The notes under the pieces are model-generated. The model did no database searches. It was given only the letters and a program-made list of their open reading frames with translations, and was not told where the DNA came from. DNA of 64,000 bases from the NCBI GenBank assembly GCA_041650935.1, contig JBAZKH010000002.1, forward strand, positions 64,372 to 128,371, given 5' to 3'. Position numbers and translations under genes: made by a program. Positions within the stretch are counted from its first letter, which is position 1; every line of letters starts with the position of its first letter. The stretch is from Candidatus Omnitrophota bacterium (GTDB lineage: Bacteria > Omnitrophota > Gorgyraeia > 2-01-FULL-45-10). Shown here one piece after another: positions 46,371 through 55,587 of the stretch.

Positions 46371-47648
46371 ATGAAGATTCAAAAAGTAAAAGTTTCAGAA
46401 ATCAACCCCGCTGTTTACAATCCTCGTATTACACTTCAGCCAGGCGATGCCGAGTATGAGGGTCTTAAGAAAAGTATCCTAACGTTCGGCCTGGTTGAGC
46501 CACTTGTTCTAAATAAGCGCACAGGCAACCTTGTCGGTGGTCACCAACGGTTGAACATACTTATCGCTGCTGGATTTGAAGAAGTAGAGGTAAGTGTCGT
46601 AGATCTCGATCCTACGCAGGAAAAAGCTCTTAATCTCGCCTTAAACAAAATCCAGGGCGATTGGGACAATGAAAAGCTCGCGGTCTTACTAGAGGAGCTA
46701 ACCAAGATCCCTGACTTTGACATCGGCCTCACGGGCTTTGACTTGCCGGAAATTAGTGAAATCCTGGATAAAGCCGAAGATGCCAGGGAAGATGAGTTCG
46801 ACCTCGATAAAGAGCTCGATAATTTAGGTAATGCCGTAACTCAAAAAGGCGACCTTATTCTTCTCGGCAAACATAGGCTACTGTGTGGTGATTCTTCAAA
46901 TCCAGAAGATATAAAGAGGTTAATCGGTGATGAAAAGGTTAACCTGATTTTTAGCGATCCGCCATACAATGTCAATTACTATGGTGGCAATCGACCGGTG
47001 GATAACGTTCGCCCAAAAAAATCGCGTGATTGGAATAGGATTTATAACGATAATTTGAGCCAGGCAGAATACGAAAAATGGCTTAAAACGATCCTTAAAA
47101 ACGTGACTCCATATCTTGCGCCGGGCGCGCCTTGTTATTTGTTTAATGGGTCGGCCCAATTTGGGTCTATGTACCAGATGCTTACCGAGCTGAAATTTCA
47201 TGTTTCATGCGTAATAACTTGGGCAAAGGAAAGCTTCTCCATCGGTTATGGCGATTATAACCAGCAGACCGAGTTTTGTCTCTACGCCTGGAAAGAAAAT
47301 AATGGTGCACATAATTGGTATGGCCCTACAAATGAGTCAACCCTCTGGCAGATAAAGCGAGACCATACCGCCAGCTATGATCACCCGACCCAGAAACCTG
47401 TCGCTTTGGCTCACCGCGCGATAAAGAATAGTTCCAAACGGGGGGACGTTGTCCTGGACATGTTTTTGGGTTCGGGCACCACCTTAATCGCGGCAGAGGG
47501 CTTGCATAGGGCATGTCTTGGGATCGAGATTGATCCTCATTATTGCGATGCCATAGTGCGCCGCTACATTTCTTGTATAGGTAAGAACAAGGTACCAGCG
47601 GAGCTTGTGAAAAAGTACTATAGCGAGGCGCAGCATGTCAGTAAATAA
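46371..47648 (+). CDS. ParB-like nuclease domain fused to a beta-class DNA methyltransferase (paralogue of 28086-29345)
   Basis: 425 aa. GGHQRL. IFSDPPYNVNYYGG. FLGSGTT. Collinear with the first copy. Confidence 0.75.
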   Translation: MKIQKVKVSEINPAVYNPRITLQPGDAEYEGLKKSILTFGLVEPLVLNKRTGNLVGGHQRLNILIAAGFEEVEVSVVDLDPTQEKALNLALNKIQGDWDNEKLAVLLEELTKIPDFDIGLTGFDLPEISEILDKAEDAREDEFDLDKELDNLGNAVTQKGDLILLGKHRLLCGDSSNPEDIKRLIGDEKVNLIFSDPPYNVNYYGGNRPVDNVRPKKSRDWNRIYNDNLSQAEYEKWLKTILKNVTPYLAPGAPCYLFNGSAQFGSMYQMLTELKFHVSCVITWAKESFSIGYGDYNQQTEFCLYAWKENNGAHNWYGPTNESTLWQIKRDHTASYDHPTQKPVALAHRAIKNSSKRGDVVLDMFLGSGTTLIAAEGLHRACLGIEIDPHYCDAIVRRYISCIGKNKVPAELVKKYYSEAQHVSK

Positions 47649-48312
47649 CGATCAGGCCAATAAAGAGCAGCCTATCCTTGTGCTGATCCAAGACATAAAG
47701 GAAGGCCGCGTAGCGCCTGAAGTTGTCGATAAGGACTTGCGCCAGCAGTGTGTCGAAGTGTTTTTGGGTGAGGGGTACACCGTTGCCTCAATAGCTCAGA
47801 TATTTAAGAAGTGCGATAAGACAATCCGGCGCGATATCGAGGATATAAGAGCACGCAACGCCATTACGCCGGATATAGACCTGGCCAAAAAGACCATAGG
47901 TGAGATGGTCGTATATATGCATACCCACCGGGCGTACCTAATGCGCCTTGCGCGCTCAAAAGATGCCTCGCTGGCCGAAAAGGCCCAGGCCGAATACTTG
48001 GCGGCTCGTATAGGCCTAGAACTGATCGCCAAGCTGCAAACCCTGGGGTTCCTGCCTTTAAAACCTCAGGAGATCGTTGCTGATATCTCGCATCATGTAG
48101 CTGCCGATAATGAGAGTTCGTTCGGAGAATTGAGATCTGAGATAGTAGAGATAGAGAGAATTTCGAAGGAATCCGGAGAGTTGACGCCGGAAATGGTAAA
48201 AGAGCTTGAGAATTTAAAAAAGAGAATTGAAAAAGCGGAAATACAGGATAGCGTAATCAAAATATCATCCCATGCGGATGAGGAAGGGAAAAAAGATGAA
48301 AAAGATAATTGA
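47635..48312 (+). CDS. HTH-containing TerS-like protein (paralogue of 29360-30034)
   Basis: 225 aa. VASIAQIFKKCDKTIRRDIEDIRARNA helix-turn-helix. Confidence 0.4.
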   Translation: MSVNNDQANKEQPILVLIQDIKEGRVAPEVVDKDLRQQCVEVFLGEGYTVASIAQIFKKCDKTIRRDIEDIRARNAITPDIDLAKKTIGEMVVYMHTHRAYLMRLARSKDASLAEKAQAEYLAARIGLELIAKLQTLGFLPLKPQEIVADISHHVAADNESSFGELRSEIVEIERISKESGELTPEMVKELENLKKRIEKAEIQDSVIKISSHADEEGKKDEKDN

Positions 48313-49873
48313 AACTATCAGTAGCGAGATCGGGAGGATCAGAAGGAGGGCGGGAATGGATTTCATCAGTTTCCGTAACTTTTATTTCCAACATTATAAT
48401 AAAAGTCCGGATGGCGAATTCCAGAAAGAATTATCGCAAATCCTCGCCAATATGACTACAAGAAGAGGCGCGCGATATGCAATAGCGGCGCCGCGTGGAT
48501 TCGCAAAAAGCACGATCGTAGGATTACAGTATGTGATCTATTGTATTTGCTATAAGCTTGAGGACTTCATTGTGATAGCCTCCAGCACAAGCAGTCAAGC
48601 GACGGATTTTTTGCGGCATATTAAAGAGGAGTTCGAGAACAACGAAAGATTAAAATTGGACTTTCCGGAAGTTTGCGAAGTCGGCAGTAAGCTAAGCCCA
48701 CCGCGGTGGACACAGAGCGAGATCATCACCAGTAATGACGTGAAGGTCATCGCTCTAGGCACGGGACAACAGTTAAGGGGTCGCAGACACAAAGAATCGC
48801 GGCCTACGTTAATAGTTCTTGATGATATCGAAACCGATGAGTCGGTGGAGAATCCAGATAGTCGTTATAAGCTGGAAGATTGGATAAATAAGACCGTCCT
48901 AAAGGCAGGTGATGCTAGAACCAATGTTATAATTATTGGTACGTTGCATCATCCCGCATCTCTACTGGCAAAATACACTGACCCCAAACAATCGCCCGGT
49001 TGGACCAGTAAAATATACAAGGCGATAATATCGCATGCCGAACATGTCGAGCTATGGGAAAAATGGAAGCGGATACTCTCAGGTAAAGAAACCTACAATG
49101 GGGAATTTGGTAGGGATGCGGCATTTGCGTTTTATAAAAAGCACGAAAGTACTATGCTTGAAGGAGTGAAGCTTTTATGGCCGGACTTCAAGAGCTATCA
49201 CGATCTTATGTTGATGCGGGAACAGGAGGGTTATTCCAGCTTCGATTCCGAAATGCAAAACGAACCCATTAACTCAAGGGACTGCGCCTTTAATATGGAA
49301 GAGGTGAGCTATCGAGAGGATGAATTTGAATCCGAGGAGCATTTAATGCGTGCAATGCGGCACGAAATACTATGTTTTGGGTCATGCGATCCGAGCCTCG
49401 GCAAAGAAGGGAAACAGAGCGACGACTCAGCCATAGTTGTTGTTGCTTGGAATGCTGAAAGAGGGAAGATCTATGTATTGGAGGCCGATATTGCCAGGCG
49501 CAGCCCCGATAAGACGATAGAAGATATACTGGCCCATCACATGAAGCATGAGATTGTGGGGTTTGCCTTTGAGACAAACCAATTTCAGGAGATTATGGCA
49601 AAGGATCTTATAAAGCGCGCCAGGGAAAGATGTATACCGGTACGGCTTAAGGAGGTGAGAAATACCGGGGATAAGCTTGCCAGGATACAGTCGCTTCAGG
49701 CCCTTATCAAGAGCGGTGCTATAGTATTTTCCAGGAAGCATCAGACCTTGCTTGAGCAGCTACGGTATTTCCCTAAGGGCCCGCATGACGATGGGCTGGA
49801 TGCATTGGAGATGGTAGTGCGGTTATGCTATAAGCCACCAAGAGACTACAGATTGTTATCTATACCGTGGTAA
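48272..49873 (+). CDS. Phage terminase large subunit (paralogue of 30031-31728). The true start may be the internal Met at 48296.
   Basis: Walker A AIAAPRGFAKST, Walker B LIVLDDIETDE. C-terminal nuclease GSCDPS. RBS GAGGAAGGG lies upstream of ATG 48296. Confidence 0.7.
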   Translation: MRMRKGKKMKKIIETISSEIGRIRRRAGMDFISFRNFYFQHYNKSPDGEFQKELSQILANMTTRRGARYAIAAPRGFAKSTIVGLQYVIYCICYKLEDFIVIASSTSSQATDFLRHIKEEFENNERLKLDFPEVCEVGSKLSPPRWTQSEIITSNDVKVIALGTGQQLRGRRHKESRPTLIVLDDIETDESVENPDSRYKLEDWINKTVLKAGDARTNVIIIGTLHHPASLLAKYTDPKQSPGWTSKIYKAIISHAEHVELWEKWKRILSGKETYNGEFGRDAAFAFYKKHESTMLEGVKLLWPDFKSYHDLMLMREQEGYSSFDSEMQNEPINSRDCAFNMEEVSYREDEFESEEHLMRAMRHEILCFGSCDPSLGKEGKQSDDSAIVVVAWNAERGKIYVLEADIARRSPDKTIEDILAHHMKHEIVGFAFETNQFQEIMAKDLIKRARERCIPVRLKEVRNTGDKLARIQSLQALIKSGAIVFSRKHQTLLEQLRYFPKGPHDDGLDALEMVVRLCYKPPRDYRLLSIPW

Positions 49874-49942
49874 TCTAGCGAAAATAGCCCTAGGCGCGGT
49901 TGATCGCCTAGGGCTATTTTTATATTATTGTGCAGTTAAGGA

Positions 49943-50185
49943 CTATATATTGCGCTCGGCTTCTTTTATTAGCTTGCTTAATGGCTGGTTTAAAGCAGAG
50001 GCGACCTTATAGGCGGTACCGATTCCTACATCTACTTTGCCAAGCTCTATTGAACTGACGTAGGTGCGGTGTATTTCGGCCTTATCCGCAAAATCCTCCT
50101 GGGAAAGACCCATATTATGGCGTCTTCTTCTGACTGCCATCCCAAATTCTTCCCTAAAGCTATTAACCTTGCCTTTGTCTTTCAT
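49943..50185 (-). CDS. XRE/Cro-family HTH transcriptional regulator
   Basis: 80 aa. MGLSQEDFADKAEIHRTYVSSIELGK helix-turn-helix. Confidence 0.6.
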   Translation of the reverse strand: MKDKGKVNSFREEFGMAVRRRRHNMGLSQEDFADKAEIHRTYVSSIELGKVDVGIGTAYKVASALNQPLSKLIKEAERNI

Positions 50186-50204
50186 CAGAGCTATAATCCC
50201 ATCT

Positions 50205-50238
50205 TGTAGACAATAAATCTACAGACGATAGTCTACAA
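50205..50238. promoter_or_regulatory. Operator-like sites in the divergent intergenic region: perfect palindrome TGTAGAC-AATAAAT-CTACA plus a third half-site AGTCTACAA
   Basis: Lies directly upstream of the XRE gene start and of the divergent gene 50292. Confidence 0.45.
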
Positions 50239-50291
50239 AATGAATATGCCATTTTGGGGATAATATTGGCTATAAAAGGAGGGTTAGGGCT

Positions 50292-51032
50292 ATGAAAAAG
50301 ATAAGGCATTTTATCAAAGCGCATTATAAGGTAACTTTGGCACTATTTATTTTGTCGTTTCTGTGCAGCAGTGTGCTTGCTAAGGAAGTAATGTATGAAA
50401 ACCCACAAATATTCGATTATCCGTTCGATAAGGTGTGGACAACCGTTGTGCTAGCGCTTCAAAAATCAGGTATGATGATAAAAGAGATGAATAGGGATAG
50501 CGGATTCATCTCTACAGATTGGGGCATGATGGGTGGCGGCATCGGAGGAGCATTTAGCAGGGCAATGGTGGGTAGGGCGTATTTATACAAATTTACCTAT
50601 TCAATCGTTCCTATTAATGATCGTCAAACTTCCGTGAAAATAAAGTGCGCTGTTGGGCTACAGAATCAGTTCGGGCAGATAGACTCGGGAGATTGGATGG
50701 CAGGTGGCGATCTGGCAAAGAATGAGCTGGAACAGATCAAGGGGCTTGATTTATGGCTGATTGGGGAGCCATCCGTGGCTATGGGAATAGATTATAAGTA
50801 TAATAAGGACCTTGATAGGCTTAGAATCATGAAGGTATTCCCAAATACATCTGCCAAAAAGGCAGGCATGAGATATTATGATCTTCTTATGAAAATAGAC
50901 AGCAGAGACATAACCAATGAGCGCGACTACATGACAGCCATGAAAAATCTTAAGCCAGGCGACATATACACTGTAACTATATCGCGTTTTGATGAAGCTA
51001 AAGAGTTCAAGCTGACAGCAGAAGCTAAATAA
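50292..51032 (+). CDS. Secreted protein with a C-terminal PDZ domain
   Basis: 246 aa. N-terminal signal or TM segment. C-terminal MRYYDLLMKIDSRDITNERDYMTAMKNLKPGDIYTVTISR is PDZ-like. Confidence 0.45.
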   Translation: MKKIRHFIKAHYKVTLALFILSFLCSSVLAKEVMYENPQIFDYPFDKVWTTVVLALQKSGMMIKEMNRDSGFISTDWGMMGGGIGGAFSRAMVGRAYLYKFTYSIVPINDRQTSVKIKCAVGLQNQFGQIDSGDWMAGGDLAKNELEQIKGLDLWLIGEPSVAMGIDYKYNKDLDRLRIMKVFPNTSAKKAGMRYYDLLMKIDSRDITNERDYMTAMKNLKPGDIYTVTISRFDEAKEFKLTAEAK

Positions 51033-51176
51033 CAGCAATTATCCTACTAGCCTTTCAGCGATCCTACCCGTTGCATAAAATCCGTTGAAGGCTGACTATC
51101 GAGGAGTATAATACATATATATAGGGACAGAATAAAGAAGGATGCCTCAATTGTACGCTATTAAAAAGGGATAACA

Positions 51177-53093
51177 ATGCCTCAAGACAGAATAAGTGGA
51201 GCCGATGCAGATAGGTATGGCAGTGAGACTGCGAGGCTGATAGCAAAAGCGATTGGAGCTATATCTATCAGCGAAACCAGTAATGAATTTGAATTAGATA
51301 ACAGTAAAATAACAATCAGATGCGCTAGAAAAAATACGCAAAATTTGGGTGCCCCGTATAAACTATTAGAAAGAGTAAGTGCTGTAATAGCTGCTTTAGA
51401 GCAAGAAAATGGCGATTATAAATTATACGAAATAACCCCGGCTAAATTTAAGGAAAAGATGAGGCCCACAGGAAGCACAGGGCCATCTGCCGGAAGAGTT
51501 GGGCTAGTGAGTAAATCCTTATTTATTAATGAAGGGAAATTCATCCGTGAAGTAAAATTGAATACAGAAGAAAAAAATAAAATATGGAGGATGGCTTTTC
51601 GTTGTGGAAACCAGGGTCAATCATTGTGGGAGGAATGCAAAAAATATAATGTTGCAGCAATCACTTATAGCCCTTTGGAAAAATTCGATTTAACAAATCA
51701 CAAGTATAATGAACCAGTCGAGCTATGGAGCAAGCTTTCCTCCTCTTCACAAAAATCAAGCCTAAGACACGTTGCCTACGATATGAAAAATGGTGATACG
51801 ATATATGTTAAAGAGGGACCGAAAATTATTTGCAAAGGGACTGTCTTAGGTAAGCCAGATCGGGCATATGTATTTGATCAGAGTTTTCGAATAGTTGATC
51901 ATAATGGTACCCCATGGCCTCACCAAGTGCCTGTAGCGTGGGAAGCTTCTTTTGAACCCGTTGGTGTGCTGCTTGGAGCAGAACAAAATGCCGTTCTGGA
52001 GCTGAATGGTGAACGATTAAGTAAATTACAAAAGGCCCTTTCAAACAATGGGGCAGTTGGTGTTGAAAACAAAATTGCCAGGATCTGTTGGAATGATCAT
52101 GGATGGCAAAGACCTTCCGGACGCGATGGTAAAAGTAAGAATAAAGATGCGTATGAGTTTAAAGTAGGATATGGACATGAGGAGTGGTTGCTTGATACAG
52201 AAAAATTAGTTGATGGCTATCATTATGGATACTTACAGCCAATTGGAAAGGCTTGGGATAAATATCAAGGCCAAACTTTTAATATTTCTCTCTATTCGAT
52301 AAACGACGATTCGCGCCAGCGATGGTGGATTGGAACCATCAGAAATGCCGAGGTTGTATCGCCAGAGGAATCGAAAGAAGTTTTAGAATATTATAAGAAA
52401 AAAGGCTGGCTGCAAGAAATGATAGACCAAATAAAAAATATAAATGGTGACGAGAGAGATTTTGGTAAAAATGCTCCATTCGCATTTACGAATATTAAAT
52501 TTAAGCCAGCCGATTGGGAATTGCTCGATCCCCCGCAGCGTATTTCAAATAAGGACAAATCAGTATCATCTACTTACTATGTGCTACTGAATAAAGTAAA
52601 AAATCCAGATTTGGAGCTACCATTTGGCGATGATCCAACTTTTACCCCAGGGCATACCATAAGAGATGAAAAAGGCATTGCATATTATGGACAGAGAAAA
52701 AGCGAGATTGACCGTTTCCATTATAAGATGCAGAATAACTCATATAAGCAGTTAGTAGATATGTATGGGCATGATAATGTTAGCACCGAACGCCAGATAG
52801 GCATTGGAGCAGCCGTTGATATTTCAGTTAAAGATGGAGATGGTGAAATCTTCTATGAATTTAAAACCAGTAATTCCATAAAAGCATGTATACGGGAAGC
52901 CCTATCGCAACTTCTCGAGTATTCATATTATCCTGATACGGAAAGAGCGAAGAAATTAATTATCGTATCGCAAAATCCAATAACTAAAGATGCCAAAAAT
53001 TATTTAATTAAGATTAGAGAGCATTTTAAAATACCTGTTTATTACAAGCAATATAATGTAGATAAGAATTGCTTGGAAGAAGATGAATATTAA
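51177..53093 (+). CDS. Large hypothetical protein with a C-terminal PD-(D/E)xK nuclease-like motif and a possible PUA/EVE-like N-terminal region. Candidate modification-dependent restriction enzyme.
   Basis: 638 aa. C-terminal AAVDISVKDGDGEIFYEFKTSN (D...E-x-K). N-terminal GDTIYVKEGPKIICKGTVLG beta-barrel-like segment. No ATPase motifs. Confidence 0.3.
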   Translation: MPQDRISGADADRYGSETARLIAKAIGAISISETSNEFELDNSKITIRCARKNTQNLGAPYKLLERVSAVIAALEQENGDYKLYEITPAKFKEKMRPTGSTGPSAGRVGLVSKSLFINEGKFIREVKLNTEEKNKIWRMAFRCGNQGQSLWEECKKYNVAAITYSPLEKFDLTNHKYNEPVELWSKLSSSSQKSSLRHVAYDMKNGDTIYVKEGPKIICKGTVLGKPDRAYVFDQSFRIVDHNGTPWPHQVPVAWEASFEPVGVLLGAEQNAVLELNGERLSKLQKALSNNGAVGVENKIARICWNDHGWQRPSGRDGKSKNKDAYEFKVGYGHEEWLLDTEKLVDGYHYGYLQPIGKAWDKYQGQTFNISLYSINDDSRQRWWIGTIRNAEVVSPEESKEVLEYYKKKGWLQEMIDQIKNINGDERDFGKNAPFAFTNIKFKPADWELLDPPQRISNKDKSVSSTYYVLLNKVKNPDLELPFGDDPTFTPGHTIRDEKGIAYYGQRKSEIDRFHYKMQNNSYKQLVDMYGHDNVSTERQIGIGAAVDISVKDGDGEIFYEFKTSNSIKACIREALSQLLEYSYYPDTERAKKLIIVSQNPITKDAKNYLIKIREHFKIPVYYKQYNVDKNCLEEDEY

Positions 53094-53117
53094 CCTTAAC
53101 AAGGAAATGAGGTTATT

Positions 53118-53864
53118 GTGCTAGAACGAGAATTTGAAGATATTCTGTCAACATATCCAGAATTAATAGAGGAAGGGTTGTCTTTAAAAGGCCGTCAGGT
53201 GAACACTGATAGAAAATTCATAGATTTACTTTTTAAGGATAAAACTGGCCAGGACTTGATAGTAGAGCTGAAAATAGGAGTAGCAAAAAGAGAACATGTT
53301 GCTCAGTTGTTAGATTATGCTGGATATAAAATAGCTGAAGGTAAAGTGCCTGTTAGGATTATGCTTATTGCGAATCGAATCCCTGAAAATTTTAAACATT
53401 CTTTCGATTATTTCGGGTTTGAATATAAAGAAATAACCATTGATAAATTGCACGATTTCGTACGCATCAAAAATGATCAAAACCTATTAAAGATCTTTGC
53501 AGCCCCTGTAGAAAATGAAAAAAGCTTTGTGACCGAGCCCACACGCACAGATCTTTCGGTTAGCAGGCCGAGCCTAGCCATAAAAACACCTATAAATGGG
53601 ACCAATCGCAATGAAACCAGACAAGCGATGGCATCTCGTATTAAATCCGGACAATTGTTTAATCAAGCCAAATGCGCCATAGAGCTACTTAATACATCTC
53701 AGGACCCCGTAGATATGAAAAGAATAATCTCTTTTATGTCTACGAAAGGCTACCATTCAAAAACTTACTATGATTTATTTAATTCATTGGTCGATTCCGA
53801 CCTTGTTGAGCAGGTAACTCTTGGCGGTAGAAAGGCATATCGGCTAAGAAGAGATGAGTTATAG
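53118..53864 (+). CDS. NucS/DUF91-like RecB-family nuclease domain protein with a C-terminal winged-helix-like region
   Basis: 248 aa. EEGLSLKGRQVNTDRKFIDLLFKDKTGQDLIVELK...QLLDY matches the NucS C-terminal nuclease pattern (E..G...D-x-L...ELK...Q..Y). Confidence 0.5.
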   Translation: MLEREFEDILSTYPELIEEGLSLKGRQVNTDRKFIDLLFKDKTGQDLIVELKIGVAKREHVAQLLDYAGYKIAEGKVPVRIMLIANRIPENFKHSFDYFGFEYKEITIDKLHDFVRIKNDQNLLKIFAAPVENEKSFVTEPTRTDLSVSRPSLAIKTPINGTNRNETRQAMASRIKSGQLFNQAKCAIELLNTSQDPVDMKRIISFMSTKGYHSKTYYDLFNSLVDSDLVEQVTLGGRKAYRLRRDEL

Positions 53865-54108
53865 CAAAAATAGATTTACGCCTTAGCTTCGAGAAGCCCC
53901 ATATAGATAGGGGCTGCAATTCTCAATTGCTAAAGCGGGAATGGAGATATTGAATATGGAAATAAATATTCGTATTCGAATCTCTGTTAAGGCCCTAAGA
54001 GTTATTTTATCATTGCTCTTATGGGCAGTGATAGGATAGCCCTGAGGTCCGGGCCACGGAGGGGTTTAATAACCCCTCCGTGGTTTTTTAAATTTAGGAA
54101 AATGATAT

Positions 54109-54882
54109 ATGAAAGATAGCTTAAAGTTTCACCCGCTAGTAGAGAAGACTAAAAAAGGCATCGATAAATCTCATATATACAGAGGATGTATTAAGAATAA
54201 ACATGGCGATATTAATATTCGAATCGGACCAAATAGCCTTGATCGAGCATTAAAAATCATGGATTCGGTAATTAAGAAACTTGAAAAGAAAAGCGCGAAA
54301 GTATTTCTAAATGAGCAACAGTATAAGAGCGCTACTTGCGTAACCATTTTTGAAGAAACGCTTTCAATAGATCTATATGAAAAAATAAATATTACCAAAA
54401 AGAAAGAGATGCGAGATCGTTTTGATTACGATCCTTATAACTATACTCCTAATGGGAATCTTGTGCTTCGCATCAAAGACGGTCCTTATGAGATTCGTAG
54501 CGAGTGGGAAGACGGCAAGAGGAAACAATTAGAGGATCACATAGATGATTTTATCGATGGATTGTTTCTTGCAGCAAAGAAGGGGAGGGCTGATAGGTTA
54601 GAAAGAGAGCGCGAACATCGGAAATGGGAAGCGGAAGAGAGTAGGAAAGAAAAAGAAGAGCAGGCAAGGCAGCGCGAACAGGCAGAGCTCGATTCGCTAG
54701 AAAATGAAGCAATGCGATGGCAAAGAAGCAAAATAATCCGAGCTTATATAGAAGCCACTACGGATGCATATATAAAAAAGAACGGCAAAATTGATCCGGG
54801 AAGCGAATTTGACCAATGGAAAACATGGGCTAACGAGCGCGTGAATCGTCTCGATCCTCTTTACGGCAAATTTCCTGCATAA
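54109..54882 (+). CDS. Hypothetical protein with a charged coiled-coil segment
   Basis: 257 aa. RADRLEREREHRKWEAEESRKEKEEQARQREQAELDSLENE. No enzymatic motif recognised. Confidence 0.3.
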   Translation: MKDSLKFHPLVEKTKKGIDKSHIYRGCIKNKHGDINIRIGPNSLDRALKIMDSVIKKLEKKSAKVFLNEQQYKSATCVTIFEETLSIDLYEKINITKKKEMRDRFDYDPYNYTPNGNLVLRIKDGPYEIRSEWEDGKRKQLEDHIDDFIDGLFLAAKKGRADRLEREREHRKWEAEESRKEKEEQARQREQAELDSLENEAMRWQRSKIIRAYIEATTDAYIKKNGKIDPGSEFDQWKTWANERVNRLDPLYGKFPA

Positions 54883-54898
54883 CAAAAAAGAAAGTTAC

Positions 54899-55108
54899 GT
54901 GTTGAAAGATGGGGAAAGGATGGGCTCAATGAAAACACCCGAGTATAGCAGTGAATCAGGCCATAATCTAGAAGACTGCGAGAATGAAATAGCCGAAATA
55001 CTAGCCGACGCAATGTATGAGCACATTAAAAAAAGCCCGCAAAAACCAGATCAAAAGGTAAAAGATAAAGAACATGAAAGCCAGATAAAGCAATGTCCGG
55101 GTCGGTAG
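54899..55108 (+). CDS. Hypothetical small acidic protein
   Basis: 69 aa ORF. No motif. Confidence 0.2.
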   Translation: MLKDGERMGSMKTPEYSSESGHNLEDCENEIAEILADAMYEHIKKSPQKPDQKVKDKEHESQIKQCPGR

Positions 55109-55331
55109 GGATGGACATTACTATCCCATAGTATTTCAGTAAGTTACGTAATTTCAGGCCAAAAATGACCGGACAAAACGGACACGTTTTCGCTCATTTT
55201 GTCCGTTTCGGACACCAAAAATCACCGAGGAATACTATCTCTCTATTCGAAATTTTCTTGATATGATAAGGTATTATGGCTATAATGCACCTGTGTAAAT
55301 AAGAGATACCTTGCCGTAGTGATACGGGCAA

Positions 55332-55344
55332 GGGCTACCATATA
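55332..55344 (+). repeat. 13-bp exact copy (GGGCTACCATATA) of the 3' end of tRNA-Glu plus 4 flanking nt (identical to 3881-3893). Candidate right-hand att remnant.
   Basis: Read directly from the sequence. Preceded by the hairpin CCTTGCCG...CGGGCAAGG and followed by a terminator. Confidence 0.4.
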
Positions 55345-55383
55345 GAAAAAATCACCGTAGAAAGAACGCGGTGATTTTTTTAT
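55345..55383 (+). terminator. Rho-independent terminator, potentially bidirectional (GAAAAAATCACCG-TAGAAAGAA-CGCGGTGATTTTTTTATT)
   Basis: Stem ATCACCG/CGGTGAT, flanked by an A-run and a T-run. Confidence 0.6.
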
Positions 55384-55517
55384 TGTGGTAGCTATAGGGG
55401 ATTTGAAGCTATAGAACGCCGAGTGAAAATTTGCCGTTTAGAGAAATCTATGCTACAATTGTCTTATCATGATAAATAAAAGGAGGCCGTTGTTTAAAAT
55501 CTTGCTCTCTTTATAAA

Positions 55518-55553
55518 AACATTTCGTCCATGACGGGCGAAATGTTTTTTTAT
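55518..55553 (+). terminator. Hairpin plus T-run (AACATTTCGTCC-ATGA-CGGGCGAAATGTTTTTTTATT) upstream of the hss-like gene
   Basis: Roughly 10-bp stem with one bulge, followed by TTTTTTT. Confidence 0.5.
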
Positions 55554-55587
55554 TGTCTAAACTTCATAAAGGGAGGGCAATGATATC

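Larger units (their letters stand above)
46371..50185. mobile_element. Second, recombinase-less copy of the packaging-module element (ParB-MTase, TerS-like, TerL, XRE repressor). Probable remnant.
   Basis: The three genes are paralogous, in the same order and with the same overlaps as 28086-31728. Confidence 0.35.

Noticed and set aside
3890-55344. Whole 51-kb stretch as a single ICE or prophage
   Set aside because: No conjugation (relaxase, T4SS), replication or phage structural genes. The stretch contains an ordinary-looking Pho regulon. More parsimonious as a hotspot with serial insertions. The 13-bp tRNA-Glu repeat is still reported as a finding.
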